NCBI GenBank assembly: GCA_026770705.1
Contig: JANJGN010000033.1
Span: 14,508,001 to 14,572,000 of the forward strand
Direction of reading: 5' to 3'
DNA: 64,000 nt
DNA from: Isurus oxyrinchus
Lineage: Eukaryota
Under the pieces are notes generated by a model that did no database searches, had not been told where the DNA came from, and worked only from the letters and a program-made list of their open reading frames with translations. Made by a program: the position numbers and the translations under genes. Positions 10,178 through 23,704 of the stretch are shown one piece after another (position 1 is the stretch's first letter; each line of letters begins with the position of its first letter).

Positions 10178-11153
10178 CAGCAGTTTCTGTATTGCATTGA
10201 ATCGTTGCTCAAAGAAGATTACTTCTTACATTTAACATGGCAGCAACCGGAACAGCGACAATGACACGTCGTTACTTGATGCCGTTGACAAGGGAATTGT
10301 TTGCAAGACACTTCACATCCAGATTATATCAAACAATTTTGGCACATGTCAAATAGGGAGATTTCAGGAGAACTCATCAAAGGCTTCATCAAATCATTAC
10401 GTTTGAAAGTGCGCACTTGTTCCTGGTGAGGCAACGGACCTGCGTTGACAGGTCATTTCAAGGTGAGCCATGAGACCTAGGTTGCGAACTGCTTGCCAAA
10501 GCCTCATGCAGCCTCCCACGGAGAGGGATTTATGGCGAGTGAACATAGTTTGAGATGTCGAGCTGCACTGCAAATTGCGACGAGTTGCTGAGCAACAATA
10601 AAGTTTGCAAACTATATCGGGAGCAACATTGCAAGCGCTTTACGTTCCATGTCCACCATTTCACGTTGGCTTCATGTTTTGCAACATATTGCTTCAGATC
10701 TCGCACTTGCTCTGCTCCTAAGTTTGTCTGCTCTGCAAATGAAAGAGCTGCGTTCAAGCTGTCACTCGTGACATTGCTGCTTCCCTTCCCTGCTCCTCGT
10801 AATATGACACTCTTGCCAAATGATCCGTGAATGAGCATTGCTAGGCAGTGATGTACGAGACCTTACCAGGAAAGACGGGATAAAACTGGTACACTTCTAG
10901 GACGCAATTGAAGTGATATCTGCCTGCCCTTGACTTCTTTCGAGCTTGTTGCCTGTTGAATTTCTAACGCTGTGCACTCAATGCAACTGCCGCCTCGCCC
11001 TCAGGAATATAGAATCAGCCTGAGCCACCTATCGCTCAAGAATACGAAGAGGTGAAAGCCAGGAAAGGATCTGTGATCAGCAGAGAACTTGAACTCTTCA
11101 AGTATCCACTCGCCTGCCTCAAATTTTAACAGCAGCTGGGCAAACAAGAAACT

Positions 11154-11225
11154 TGGTTCCACCGAGATTTGAAGTCGGATCACTGGATTCAAAGTCCAGA
11201 GTGCTCACCATTACACCATGGAACC
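11154..11225 (-). pseudogene. tRNA-Gln(TTG), slot A, G53C
   Basis: G53C breaks the T stem and B box; otherwise intact. Confidence 0.65.
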
Positions 11226-11530
11226 TACATGCCAGATGTTATTAGGCTCATTTCTTTTCTGTATTCACATGGGCGCCAAAGTTCCCAGCGAACCATCGAA
11301 TGGTTCTCCTCATGTGACGCAAACTGTTGCATCCTTTCAATGGGACAGATAAAGAGCAGGGCCAAGAGCCAAAACCATGACGGTGCAGGCAGCTGGCGCA
11401 AGAGGCTCAGTCATGTGCATTCAATTGGCAGGCGAGCTGGTTCTAAAGTTGTCCTTTCCAATCGTATGCCATGGCAATTGTAAAGGAGACGCAATATACC
11501 GAGCCTGTCAGCGAGATTGTGACAAATACA

Positions 11531-11602
11531 AGTTTCCACCGAGATTTGACCTCAGATCATTAAATTCAGAGACCAGAGTGCTCACCGTTACACCATGGAA
11601 AC
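11531..11602 (-). pseudogene. tRNA-Gln pseudogene, slot B
   Basis: Slot B diagnostic lesions. Confidence 0.85.
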
Positions 11603-11858
11603 AGTGTGGGCTGTTGAACCATTACTCAAAGAAGGCCACTCCTTTCATTGAACATGGCAGCAACAATAACAGCAACAACGAAACGTCGTTACTTGATGCC
11701 ATTGACACAGGAAAGGTTTCCAAGGTTCTTCACACCTAGATTATATCAAACAATTTTGCCAGAAGCCACATCAGGAGATTTTAGGAGAGCTCATTAAATG
11801 CTTCATCAAATCGTTACGTTTGAATTCAGCCCCCTGAAGGAGGACAAAGATTTGCAAA

Positions 11859-11971
11859 ACAAAAACAAAAACAGAATTACCTGGAAAAACTCAGCAGGTC
11901 TGGCAGCATCGGCGGAGAAGAAAAGAGTTGACGTTTCGAGTCCTCATGACCCTTCGACAGAACTTGAGTTC
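11859..11971 (-). mobile_element. 113-bp Penelope-like 3' fragment with hammerhead-like motif
   Basis: Copy of 1549-1661. Confidence 0.88.
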
Positions 11972-13191
11972 GATTTGCAAAGCCCAACAGCTTTACTGAG
12001 GGATGTCCAGAGATCAATGCTGAGGCAGCGGCACACATGTCTTACATTAGTAGAGCAGTTTCATTCGTGCAAGCTTCACAAACAACAACAGGAAGTGCGC
12101 AGCGAGTTCCAAGCTCTGACACGCTGAAACACGCTGCCCAGATAGGAGGGAAATTTCCCACAAAGGGATGTGAACGCCAGCATGCCAACAGGAAGGCTGA
12201 TTTCTTGTCAGGCCACGAATGAATGTCGTCGACTGGAAGCAGAGTTGCTGGCTGGAGGGCCTTAGGTGCGAGCTAGGATATGGGCAGCAGAGGTTTTGAT
12301 CAGCTCAACATTATGGAAGAATCAAAGGGCAAGTCAGAGCGCGAACATCTCAGAATAGTCAAGCCGTGAGGTAAGGAGGTTGAGGATGGAGATGTCAGCA
12401 GCACAGGAACTGCTGAGTGACAGAATTGGGTCAGCAAAGTTACACAGGTGGAAATACTTGTCTTGGCAACGCAGTGGACCTGCGTAGGCCGATCATCGCA
12501 GGCTGAGCGATGAGACCCAGGTTGTGAACTGCTTGCCAAAGCCTGAGGCAGCTTCTAAGGGAGAGCGATTTATAGCGAGTGAACATAATTTGAGACATCG
12601 AGCTGCACTGCAAATTGCGATGTTTCATTGAGCCACAAGAAAATATGTGAATCTAACTCGCTAGCAAAATTGCAAGCGCTTGATAATTTCATGTCGACCA
12701 TTCCACTTTGGCTTCATGTTTTGCAACACATTGCTTCAGCTCTCGCACTTGCTCTGCTCCTAAGTTTGTCTGCTCTGCAAATGAAAGAGCTGTCGTCAAG
12801 CTGCCACTCATGACATTGTTGCTTCTCTTCCCTACTCCTCGCTAATATGACTCTTGCCAAATGATCCGTGAATGAGCATTTCTAGGTAGTGATGTACGAG
12901 ACTTAACCCGGAAAGATGGGATAAAATAGGCGCTCTTCAAGGACGCAATTGAAGTGATACCTGCCTGCCCTTGAATGCTTTTGAGTTTGGCTGCTGAATT
13001 TCAAATGTCGTGCAGCCAACGCAAGTGCTGCCTCCACCTCAGACATACAGCATCAGCCTGAGCCGCCTATTGCTCAAGAATAGGAAGAGGTGAAAGCCAG
13101 GAAAGACACTGTCATCAGCAGAGACCTTGAGCTCCTCAGGTTTCCACTCGCCTGCCTCAAATGTTAACAGCAGCTGGGCAAACGAGAAACT

Positions 13192-13263
13192 TGGTTCCAC
13201 CGAGATTTGAACTTGGATCGCTGGATTCAGAGTCCAGAGTTGTCACCATTACACCACGGAACC
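13192..13263 (-). pseudogene. tRNA-Gln(CTG), C/D hybrid, damaged
   Basis: Slot C 3' flank joined to slot D 5' flank; D-stem and T-stem mismatches. Confidence 0.75.
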
Positions 13264-14235
13264 CAGCAGATAATGTATTGAATTGAATCGTTGCTCAAAG
13301 AAGATTACTTCTTTCATTTAACATGGCAGCAACCGGAACAGCGACAATGACACGTCGTTACTTGATGGCGTTGACAAGGGAACTGTTTGCAAGACACTTC
13401 ACAGCCAGATTATATCAAACAATTTTGGCACATGTCAAATAGGGAGAATTCAGGAGAGCTCATCAAAAGCTTCATCAAATCATTATGTTTGAAAGTGCGC
13501 ACTTGTTCCTGGTGAGGCAACGGACTTGCGTTGGCAGGTCATTTCAAGGTGAGCCATGAGTTCTAGGTTGCGAACTGCTTGCCAAAGCCTCAGGCAGCCT
13601 CCCACGGAGGAGGATTTATGGTGAGTGAACATAGTTTGAGATGTCGAGCTGCACTGCAAATTGCGACGAGTTGCTGAGCAACAATAAAGTTTGCAAACTA
13701 TATCGGGAGCAAAATTGCAAGCGCTTTACGTTCCATGTCCTTCATTTCACGTTGGCTTCATGTTTTGCAACACATTGCTTCAGCTCTCGCACTTGCTCTG
13801 CTCCTAAGTTTGTCTGCTCTGCAAATGAAAGAGCTGTCGTCAAGCTGCCACTCATGACATTGTTGCTTCTCTTCCTTTCTCCTCGCTAATATGACTCTTG
13901 CCAAATGATCCGTGAATGAGCATTTCTAGGCAGTGATGTACGAGACTTTACCCGGAAAGATGGGATAAAATAGGCGCTCTTCAAGGACGCAATTGAAGTG
14001 ATACCTGCCTGCCCTTGAATGCTTTCGAGTTTAGCTGCTGAATTTCAAATGCCGTGCAGGCAAAGCAAGTGCTGCCTCCTCCTCAGACATACAGCATCAG
14101 CCTGAGCCGCCTATTGCTCAAGAATATGAAGAGGTGAAAGCCAGGAAAGGCTCTGTAATCAGCAGAGAACTTGAACTCTTCAAGTATCCACTCGCCTGCC
14201 TCAAATGTTAACAGCAGCTGGGCAAACAAGAAACT

Positions 14236-14307
14236 TGGTTCCACCGAGATTTGAACTCGGATCACTGGATTCAAAGTCCAGAGTGCTCACCATTACAACA
14301 TGGAACC
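14236..14307 (-). tRNA. tRNA-Gln-TTG: tRNA-Gln(TTG), slot A, G10T variant
   Basis: Single D-stem / A-box change. Confidence 0.7.
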
Positions 14308-14613
14308 TACATGTCAGCAGTCATTAGGCTCATTTCTTTTCTGCATTCACATGGGCGCCAAAATTTCCCAGCGAACCATCGAATGGTTCTCCTCATGTGA
14401 AGCAAACTGTTGCATCCTTTCAACGGGACAGATAAAGAGCAGGGCCAAGAGCCAAAACAATGACGGTGCAGGCAGCTGGCGCAAGAGGCTCAGTCATGTG
14501 CATTCAATTGGCAGGCGAGCTGGTTCTAAAGTTGTCCTTTCCAATCGTGTGCCATGGCAATTGTAAAGGAGACGCAATATACCGAGCCTGTCAGCGAGAT
14601 TGTGACAAATACA

Positions 14614-14685
14614 AGTTTCCACCGAGATTTGACCTCAGATCATTAAATTCAGAGACCAGAGTGCTCACCGTTACACCATGGAAAC
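14614..14685 (-). pseudogene. tRNA-Gln pseudogene, slot B
   Basis: Slot B diagnostic lesions. Confidence 0.85.
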
Positions 14686-14941
14686 AGTGTGGGCTGTTGA
14701 ACCATTACTCAAAGAAGGCCACTCCTTTCATTGAACATGGCAGCAACAATAACAGCAACAACGAAACGTCGTTACTTGATGCCATTGACACAGGAAAGGT
14801 TTCCAAGGTTCTTCACACCTAGATTATATCAAACAATTTTGCCAGAAGCCACATCAGGAGATTTTAGGAGAGCTCATTAAATGCTTCATCAAATCGTTAC
14901 GTTTGAATTCAGCCCCCTGAAGGAGGACAAAGATTTGCAAA

Positions 14942-15054
14942 ACAAAAACAAAAACAGAATTACCTGGAAAAACTCAGCAGGTCTGGCAGCATCGGCGGAG
15001 AAGAAAAGAGTTGACGTTTCGAGTCCTCATGACCCTTCGACAGAACTTGAGTTC
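14942..15054 (-). mobile_element. 113-bp Penelope-like 3' fragment with hammerhead-like motif
   Basis: Copy of 1549-1661. Confidence 0.88.
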
Positions 15055-16274
15055 GATTTGCAAAGCCCAACAGCTTTACTGAGGGATGTCCAGAGATCAA
15101 TGCTGAGGCAGCGGCACACATGTCTTACATTAGTAGAGCAGTTTCATTCGTGCAAGCTTCACAAACAACAACAGGAAGTGCGCAGCGAGTTCCAAGCTCT
15201 GACACGCTGAAACACGCTGCCCAGATAGGAGGGAAATTTCCCACAAAGGGATGTGAACGCCAGCATGCCAACAGGAAGGCTGATTTCTTGTCAGGCCACG
15301 AATGAATGTCGTCGACTGGAAGCAGAGTTGCTGGCTGGAGGGCCTTAGGTGCGAGCTAGGATATGGGCAGCAGAGGTTTTCATCAGCTCAACATTATGGA
15401 AGAATCAAAGGGCAAGTCAGAGCGCGAACATCTCAGAATAGTCAAGCCGTGAGGTAAGGAGGTTGAGGATGGAGATGTCAGCAGCACAGGAACTGCTGAG
15501 TGACAGAATTGGGTCAGCAAAGTTACACAGGTGGAAATACTTGTCTTGGCAACGCAGTGGACCTGCGTAGGCCGATCATCGCTGGGTGAGCGATGAGACC
15601 CAGGTTGTGAACTGCTTGCCAAAGCCTGAGGCAGCTTCTAAGGGAGAGCGATTTATAGCGAGTGAACATAATTTGAGACATCGAGCTGCACTGCAAATTG
15701 CGATGTTTCACTGAGCCACAAGAAAATATGTGAATCTAACTCGCTAGCAAAATTGCAAGCGCTTGATAAATTCATGTCGACCATTCCACTTTGTCTTCAT
15801 GTTTTGCAACACATTGCTTCAGCTCTCGCACTTGCTCTGCTCCTAAGTTTGTCTGCTCTGCAAATGAAAGAGCTGTCGTCAAGCTGCCACTCATGACATT
15901 GTTGCTTCTCTTCCCTACTCCTCGCTAATATGACTCTTGCCAAATGATCCGTGAATGAGCATTTCTAGGTAGTGATGTACGAGACTTAACCCGGAAAGAT
16001 GGGATAAAATAGGCGCTCTTCAAGGACGCAATTGAAGTGATACCTGCCTGCCCTTGAATGCTTTTGAGTTTGGCTGCTGAATTTCAAATGTCGTGCAGCC
16101 AACGCAAGTGCTGCCTCCACCTCAGACATACAGCATCAGCCTGAGCCGCCTATTGCTCAAGAATATGAAGAGGTGAAAGCCAGGAAAGGCACTGTCATCA
16201 GCAGAGCCCTTGAGCTCCTCACGTTTCCACTCGCCTGCCTCAAATGTTAACAGCAGCTGGGCAAACGAGAAACT

Positions 16275-16346
16275 TGGTTCCACCGAGATTTGAACTTGGA
16301 TCGCTGGATTCAGAGTCCAGAGTTGTCACCATTACACCACGGAACC
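16275..16346 (-). pseudogene. tRNA-Gln(CTG), C/D hybrid, damaged
   Basis: Same sequence as 13192-13263. Confidence 0.75.
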
Positions 16347-17321
16347 CAGCAGATACTGTATTGAATTGAATCGTTGCTCAAAGAAGATTACTTCTTTCAT
16401 TTAACATGGCAGCAACCGGAACAGCGACAATGACACGTCATTACTTGATGCCGTTGACAAGGGAACTGTTTGCAAGACACTTCACAGCCAGATTATATCA
16501 AACAATTTTGGCACATGTCAAATAGGGAGAATTCAGGAGAGCTCATCAAAAGCTTCATCAAATCATTACGTTTGAAAGTGCGCACTTGTTCCTGGTGAGG
16601 CAACGGACTTGCGTTGGCAGGTCAACTCAAGGTGAGCCATGAGACCTAGGTTGCGAACTGCTTGCCAAAGCCTCAGGCAGCCTCCCACGGAGAGGGATTT
16701 ATGGCAAGTGAACATAGTTTGAGATGTCGAGCTGCACTGCAAATTGCGACGAGTTGCTGAGCAACAATAAAGTTTGCAAACTATATCGGGAGCAAAATTG
16801 CAAGCGCTTTACGTTCCATGTCCTTCATTTCACGTTGGCTTCATGTTTTGCAACACATTGCTTCAGCTCTCGCACTTGCTCTGCTCCTAAGTTTGTCTGC
16901 TCTGCAAATGAAAGAGCTGCAGTAAAGCTGCCACTCATGACATTGTTGCTTCTCTTCCTTTCTCCTCGCTAATATGATTCTTGCCAAATGATCCGTGAGT
17001 GAGCATTTCTAGGCAGTGATATACGAGACCTGACCAGGAAAGACGGGATAAATCTGTTGCACTTCTAGGACGCAATTGAAGTGATATCTGCCTGCCCTTG
17101 ACTTCTTTCGAGCTTGTTGCCTGTTGAATTTCAAATGCTGTGCACTCAATGCAACTGCCGCCTCGCCCTCAGGAATATAGAATCAGCCTGAGCCACCTAT
17201 CGCTCAAGAATATGAAGAGGTGAAAGCCAGGAAAGGATCTGTAATCAGCAGAGAACTTGAACTCTTCAAGTATCCACTCGCCTGCCTCAAATTTTAACAG
17301 CAGCTGGGCAAACAAGAAACC

Positions 17322-17393
17322 TGGCTCCACCGAGATTTGAACTCCGATCACTGGATTCAAAGGCCAGAGTGCTCACCATTACACCATGGAACC
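17322..17393 (-). pseudogene. tRNA-Gln(TTG), slot A, several stem changes
   Basis: Substitutions in the acceptor, anticodon and T stems. Confidence 0.75.
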
Positions 17394-17698
17394 TACATGT
17401 CAGCAGTCATTAGGCTCATTTCTTTTCTGCATTCACATGGGCGCCAAAGTTCCCAGCGAACCATCGAATGGTTCTCCTCATGTGAAGCAAACTGTTGCAT
17501 CCTTTCAACGGGACAGATAAAGAGCAGGGCCAAGAGCCAAAACAATGACGGTGCAGGCAGCTGGCGCAAGAGGCTCAGTCATGTGCATTCAATTGGCAGG
17601 CCAGCTGGTTCAAAAGTTGTCCTTTCCAATCGTATGCCATGGCAATTGTAAAGGAGACGCAATATACCGATCCTGTCAGCGAGATTATGACAAATACA

Positions 17699-17770
17699 AG
17701 TTTCCACCGAGATTTGACCTCAGATCATTAAATTCAGAGTCCAGAGTGCTCACCATTACACCATGGAACC
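17699..17770 (-). pseudogene. B/D hybrid tRNA-Gln
   Basis: 5' half and 5' flank from slot D; 3' half and 3' flank from slot B. Confidence 0.8.
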
Positions 17771-18745
17771 CAGAAGACGGGCTGCCAGCCTGAATCGTTG
17801 CTCAAAGAAGATTACTTCTTACATTTAACATGGCAGCAACCGGAACAGCGACAATGACACGTCATTACTTGATGCCGTTGACAAGGGAACTGTTTGCAAG
17901 ACACTTCACAGCCAGATTATATCAAACAATTTTGGCACATGTCAAATAGGGAGATTTCAGGAGATCTCATCAAAGGCTTCATCAAATCATTACGTTTGAA
18001 AATGCGCACTTGTTCCTGGTGAGGCAATGGACCAGCGTTGGCAGGTCATTTCAAGGTGAGCCATGAGACCTAGGTTGCGAACTGCTTGCCAAAGCCTCAT
18101 GCAGCCTCCCACGGAGAGGGATTTATGGTGAGTGAACATAGTTTGAGATGTCGAGCTGCACTGCAAATTGCGACGAGTTGCTGAGCAACAATAAAGTTTG
18201 CAAACTATATCGGGAGCAACATTGCAAGCGCTTTACGTTCCATGTCCACCATTTCACGTTGGCTTCATGTTTTGCAACATATTGCTTCAGATCACGCACT
18301 TGCTCTGCTCCTAAGTTTGTCTGCTCTGCAAATGAAAGAGCTGCGTTCAAGCTGCCACTCATGACATTGCTGCTTCCCTTCCCTGCTCCTCGTAATATGA
18401 CACTCTTGCCAAATGATCGTGAATGAGCATTGCTAGGCAGTGATGTACGAGACCTTACCAGGAAAGACGGGATAAAACTGGTGCACTTCTAGGACGCAAT
18501 TGAAGTGATATCTGCCTGCCCTTGAATTCTTTCGAGCTTGTTGCCTGTTGAATTTCAAATGCTGCGCACCCAATGCAACTGCCGCCTCGCCCTCAGGAAT
18601 ATAGAATCAGCCTGAGCCACCTATCGCTCAAGAATATGAAGAGGTGAAAGCCAGGAAAGGATCTGTAATCAGCAGAGAATTTGAACTCTTCAAGTATCCA
18701 CTCGCCTGCCTCAAATGTTAACAGCAGCTGGGCAAACAAGAAACT

Positions 18746-18817
18746 TGGTTCCACCGAGATTTGAACTCGGATCACTGGATTCAAAGTCCAGAGTGCTCAC
18801 TGTTACACCATGGAATC
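18746..18817 (-). tRNA. tRNA-Gln-TTG: tRNA-Gln(TTG), slot A variant
   Basis: A2-C71 mismatch and D-loop changes. Confidence 0.6.
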
Positions 18818-19099
18818 TACGTGTTGCTGATTATTAGGCTCATTTCTTTTCTGCATTGACATGGGCGCCAAAGTTCCCAGCGAACCATCGAATGGTTCTC
18901 CTCATGTGACGCAAACTGTTGCATCCTTTCAATGGGACAGATAAAGAGCAGGGCCAAGAGCCAAAACAATGACGGTGCAGGCAGCTGGCGCAAGAGGCTC
19001 AGTCATGTGCATTCAATTGGCAGGCGAGCTGGTTCAAAAGTTGTCCTTTCCAATCGTATGCCATGGCAATTGTAAAGGAGACGCAATATACCGAGCCTG

Positions 19100-19366
19100 T
19101 CTTTTGATGATCTGCTTCTTTCACTGCTTGTTTGTCTACACAACCACCTCTCTCTCTCTCTATCTCTCCGCCCCCCCACACACACACCTTAAACCAGCTT
19201 ATATTTCAACTCTTTCTTGGACTCGAAATCAAGTTCTGTCGAACGGTCATGAGGACTCGAAACGTCAACTCTTTTCTTCTCCGCCGATGCTGCCAGACCT
19301 GCTGAGTTTTTCCAGGTAATTCTGTTTTTGTTTTGGATTTCCATCATCTGCAGTTTTTTGTTTTTA
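19100..19366 (+). mobile_element. Penelope-like 3' end, deletion derivative of the 32271-35256 insertion
   Basis: Matches 34991-35256 and has the same right junction tttttat|cctaagtttgtc. Confidence 0.92.
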
Positions 19367-19800
19367 TCCTAAGTTTGTCTGCTCTGCAAATGAAAGAGCT
19401 GTCGTCAAGCTGCCACTCATGACATTGTTGCTTCTCTTCCCTACTCCTCGCTAATATGACTCTTGCCAAATGATCCGTGAATGAGCATTTCTAGGCAGTG
19501 ATGTACGAGACTTGACCAGGAAAGATGGGATAAAATAGGCGCTCTTCAAGGACGCAATTGAAGTGATACCTGCCTGCCCTTGAATGCTTTCGAGTTTGGC
19601 TGCTGAATTTCAAATGCCGTGCAGCCAACGCAAGTGCTGCATCCACCTCAGACATACAGCATCAGCCTGAGCCACCTATTGCTCATGAATATGAAGAGGT
19701 GAAAGCCAGGAAAGGATCTGTAATCAGCAGAGAACTTGAACTCTTCAAGTATCCACTCGCCTGCCTCAAATTTTAACAGCAGCTGGGCAAACAAGAAACC

Positions 19801-19872
19801 TGGCTCCACCGAGATTTGAACTCCGATCACTGGATTCAAAGGCCAGAGTGCTCACCATTACACCATGGAACC
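19801..19872 (-). pseudogene. tRNA-Gln(TTG), slot A, several stem changes
   Basis: Same sequence as 17322-17393. Confidence 0.75.
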
Positions 19873-20177
19873 TACATGTCAGCAGTCATTAGGCTCATTT
19901 CTTTTCTGCATTCACATGGGCGCCAAAGTTCCCAGCGAACCATCGAATGGTTCTCCTCATGTGAAGCAAACTGTTGCATCCTTTCAACGGGACAGATAAA
20001 GAGCAGGGCCAAGAGCCAAAACAATGACGGTGCAGGCAGCTGGCGCAAGAGGCTCAGTCATGTGCATTCAATTGGCAGGCCAGCTGGTTCAAAAGTTGTC
20101 CTTTCCAATCGTATGCCATGGCAATTGTAAAGGAGACGCAATATACCGATCCTGTCAGCGAGATTATGACAAATACA

Positions 20178-20249
20178 AGTTTCCACCGAGATTTGACCTC
20201 AGATCATTAAATTCAGAGTCCAGAGTGCTCACCATTACACCATGGAACC
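20178..20249 (-). pseudogene. B/D hybrid tRNA-Gln
   Basis: Same sequence as 17699-17770. Confidence 0.8.
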
Positions 20250-21225
20250 CAGAGGATGCATTACCATCCTGAATCGTTGCTCAAAGAAGATTACTTCTTA
20301 CATTTAACATGGCAGCAACCGGAACACCGACAATGACACGTCGTTACTTGATGCCGTTGACAAGGGAACTGTTTGCAAGACACATCACATCCAGATTATA
20401 TCAAACAATTTTGGCACATGTCAAATAGGGAGAATTCAGGAGAGCTCATCGAAGGCTTCATCAAATCATTATGTTTGAAAGTGCTCACTTGTTCCAGGTG
20501 AGGCAACGGACCTGCGTTGACAGGTCATCTCAAGGTGAGCCATGAGACCTAGGTTGCGAACTGCTTGCCAAAGCCTCATGCAGCCTCCCACGGAGAGGGA
20601 TTTATGGTGAGTGAACATAGTTCGAGATGTCGAGCTGCACTGCAAATTGCGACGAGTTGTTGAGCAACAATAAAGTTTGCAAACTATATCGGGAGCAAAA
20701 TTGCAAGCGCTTTACGTTCCATGTCCACCATTTCACGTTGGCTTCATGTTTTGCAACATATTGCTTCAGCTCTTGCACTTGCTCTGCTCTTAAGTTTGTC
20801 TGCTCTGCAAATGAAAGAGCTGCGTTCAAGCTGCCACTCGTGACATTGCTGCTTCCCTTCCCTGCTCCTCGTAATATGACACTCTTGCCAAATGAACCTT
20901 GAATGAGCATTGCTAGGCAGTGATGTACGAGACCTGACCAGGAAAGACGGGATAAAACTGGTGCACTTCTAGGACGCAATTGAAGTGATATCTGCCTGCC
21001 CTTGAATTCTTTCGAGCTTGTTGCCTGTTGAATTTCTAATGCCGTGCACCCAAAGAAACTGCCGCATATCCCTCAGAAATATAGCATCAGCCTGAGCCAC
21101 CTATTGCTCAAGAATAGGAAGAGGTGAAGGCCAGGAAAGGCTCTGTAATCAGCAGAGACCTTGAGCTCTTCAAGTATCCACTCGCCTGCCTCAAATGTTA
21201 ACAGCAGCTGGGCAAACAAGAAACT

Positions 21226-21297
21226 TGGTTCCACCGAGAGTTGAACTCGGATCACTGGATTCAGATTCCAGAGTGCTCACCGTCGCACCATGGAACC
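21226..21297 (-). pseudogene. tRNA-Gln(CTG) variant in slot A context
   Basis: C32A and A14G. Confidence 0.65.
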
Positions 21298-21578
21298 TAC
21301 ATGTCAGCTGTCCCAGGCTCATTTCTTTTCTGCATTCACATGGGCGCCAAAGTTCCCAGCGAACCATCGAATGGTTCTCCTCATGTGACGCAAACTGTTG
21401 CATCCTTTCAATGGGACAGATAAAGAGTGGGGCCAAGAGCCAAAACAATGACGGTGCAGGCAGCTGGCGCAAGAGGCCCAGTCATGTGCATTCAATTGGC
21501 AGGGGAGCTGGTTCAAAAGTTGTCCTTTCCAATCGTATGCCATGGCAATTGTAAAGGAGACGCAATATACCGAGCCTG

Positions 21579-21845
21579 TCTTTTGATGATCTGCTTCTAT
21601 CACTGCTTGTTTGTCTACACAACCACCTCTCTCTCTCTCTATCTCTCCGCCCCCCCACACACACACCTTAAACCAGCTTATATTTCAACTCTTTCTTGGA
21701 CTCGAAATCAAGTTCTGTCGAACGGTCATGAGGACTCGAAACGTCAACTCTTTTCTTCTCCGCCGATGCTGCCAGACCTGCTGAGTTTTTCCAGGTAATT
21801 CTGTTTTTGTTTTGGATTTCCAGCATCCGCAGTTTTTTGTTTTTA
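21579..21845 (+). mobile_element. Penelope-like 3' end, deletion derivative
   Basis: Same junctions as 19100-19366. Confidence 0.92.
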
Positions 21846-22279
21846 TCCTAAGTTTGTCTGCTCTGCAAATGAAAGAGCTGTCGTCAAGCTGCCACTCATG
21901 ACATTGTTGCTTCTCTTCCCTACTCCTCGCTAATATGACTCTTGCCAAATGATCCGTGAATGAGCATTTCTAGGCAGTGATGTATGAGACTTAACCCGGA
22001 AAGATGGGATGAAATAGGCGCTCTTCAAGGACGCAATTGAAGTGATACCTGCCTGCCCTTGAACGCTTTCGAGTTTGGCTGCTGAATTTCAAATGCCGTG
22101 CAGCCAAAGCAAGTGCTGCCTCCACCTCAGACATACAGCATCAGCCTGAGCCGTCTATTGCTCAAGAATATGAAGAGGTGAAAGCCAGGAAAGGCACTGT
22201 CATCAGCAGAGACCTTGAGCTCTTCACGTTTCCACTCGCCTGCCTCAAATTTTAACAGCAGCTGGGCAAATGGGAAACT

Positions 22280-22351
22280 TGGTTCCACCGAGATTTGAAC
22301 TCAGATCGCTGGATTCAGAGTCCAGAGTGCTCACCGTTACTACATGGAACC
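22280..22351 (-). pseudogene. tRNA-Gln(CTG), slot C, D stem damaged
   Basis: D stem TAGT/GCAC. Confidence 0.7.
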
Positions 22352-22656
22352 TACATGTCAGCTGACATCAGGCTCATGTCTTTTCTGCATTCACAGTGGC
22401 GTCAAAGTTCCCAGCGAACCGTCCAATGGTTCTCCTTGTGTGACGCAAACTGTTGCATCCTTTCAATGGGACAGATAAAGAGCAGGGCCAAGAGCCAAAA
22501 CAATGACGGTGCAGGCAGCTGGCGCAAGAGGCTCAGTCATGCACATTCAAATGGCAGGCGAGCTGGTTCAAAATTTGCCCTCTCGAATCGGACGCCATGG
22601 CAATTGTAAAGGAGATGCAATTGGCCAAGCTTGTCAGCGGGATTGTCAAAAGTACA

Positions 22657-22728
22657 AGGTTCCACCGAGATTTGAACTCGGATCGCTGGATTCAGAGTCC
22701 AGAGTGCCCACCATTACACCATGGAACC
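22657..22728 (-). tRNA. tRNA-Gln-CTG: tRNA-Gln(CTG), slot D, A21G
   Basis: One D-loop change; T4 terminator. Confidence 0.8.
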
Positions 22729-23704
22729 CAGAAGATGGGCTGTTATCCTGCATCATTGCTCAAAGTAGATTACTTCTTACATTTAACATGGCAGCAACCG
22801 GAACAGCGACAATGACACGTCATTACTTGATGCCGTTGACAAGGGAACTGTTTGCAAGACACTTCACAGCCAGATTATATCAAACAATTTTGGCACATGT
22901 CAAATAGGGAGAAATCAGGAGAGCTCATCAAGGGCTTCATCAAATCATTAAGTTTGAAAGTGCGCACTTGTTCCTGGTGAGGCAACGGACCTGCGTTGGC
23001 AGGTCATCTCAAGGTGAGCCATGAGACCTAGGTTGCGAACTGCTTGCCAAAGCCTCAGGCAGCCTCCCACGGAGAGGGATTTATGGTGAGTGAACATAGT
23101 TTGAGATGTCGAGCTGCACTGCAAATTGCGATGATTTGTTGAGCAACAATAAAGTTTGCAAACTATATCGGGAGCAAAATTGCAAGCGCTTTACATTCCA
23201 TGTCCTTCATTTCACGTTGGCTTCATGTTTTGCAACACATTGCTTCAGATCACGCACTTGCTCTGCTCCTAAGTTTGTCTGCTCTGCAAATGAAAGAGCT
23301 GCGTTCAAGCTGCCACTCGTGACATTGCTGCTTCTCTTCCCTTCTCCTCGTAATATGACACTCTTGCCAAATGATCCGTGAATGAGCATTGCTAGGCAGT
23401 GATGTACGAGACCTGACCAGGAAAGACGGGATAAAACTGATGCACTTCTAGGACGCAATTGAAGTGATATCTGCCTGCCCTTGAATTCTTTCGAGCTTGT
23501 TGCCTGTTGAATTTCAAATGCTGTGCAGCCAATGCAACTGCCGCCTCGCCCTCAGGAATATAGAATCAGCCTGAGCCACCTATCGCTCAAGAATATGAAG
23601 AGGTGAAAGCCAGGAAAGGATCTGTAATCAGCAGAGAATTTGAACTCTTCAAGTATCCACTCGCCTGCCTCAAATGTTAACAGCAGCTGGGCAAACAAGA
23701 AACT

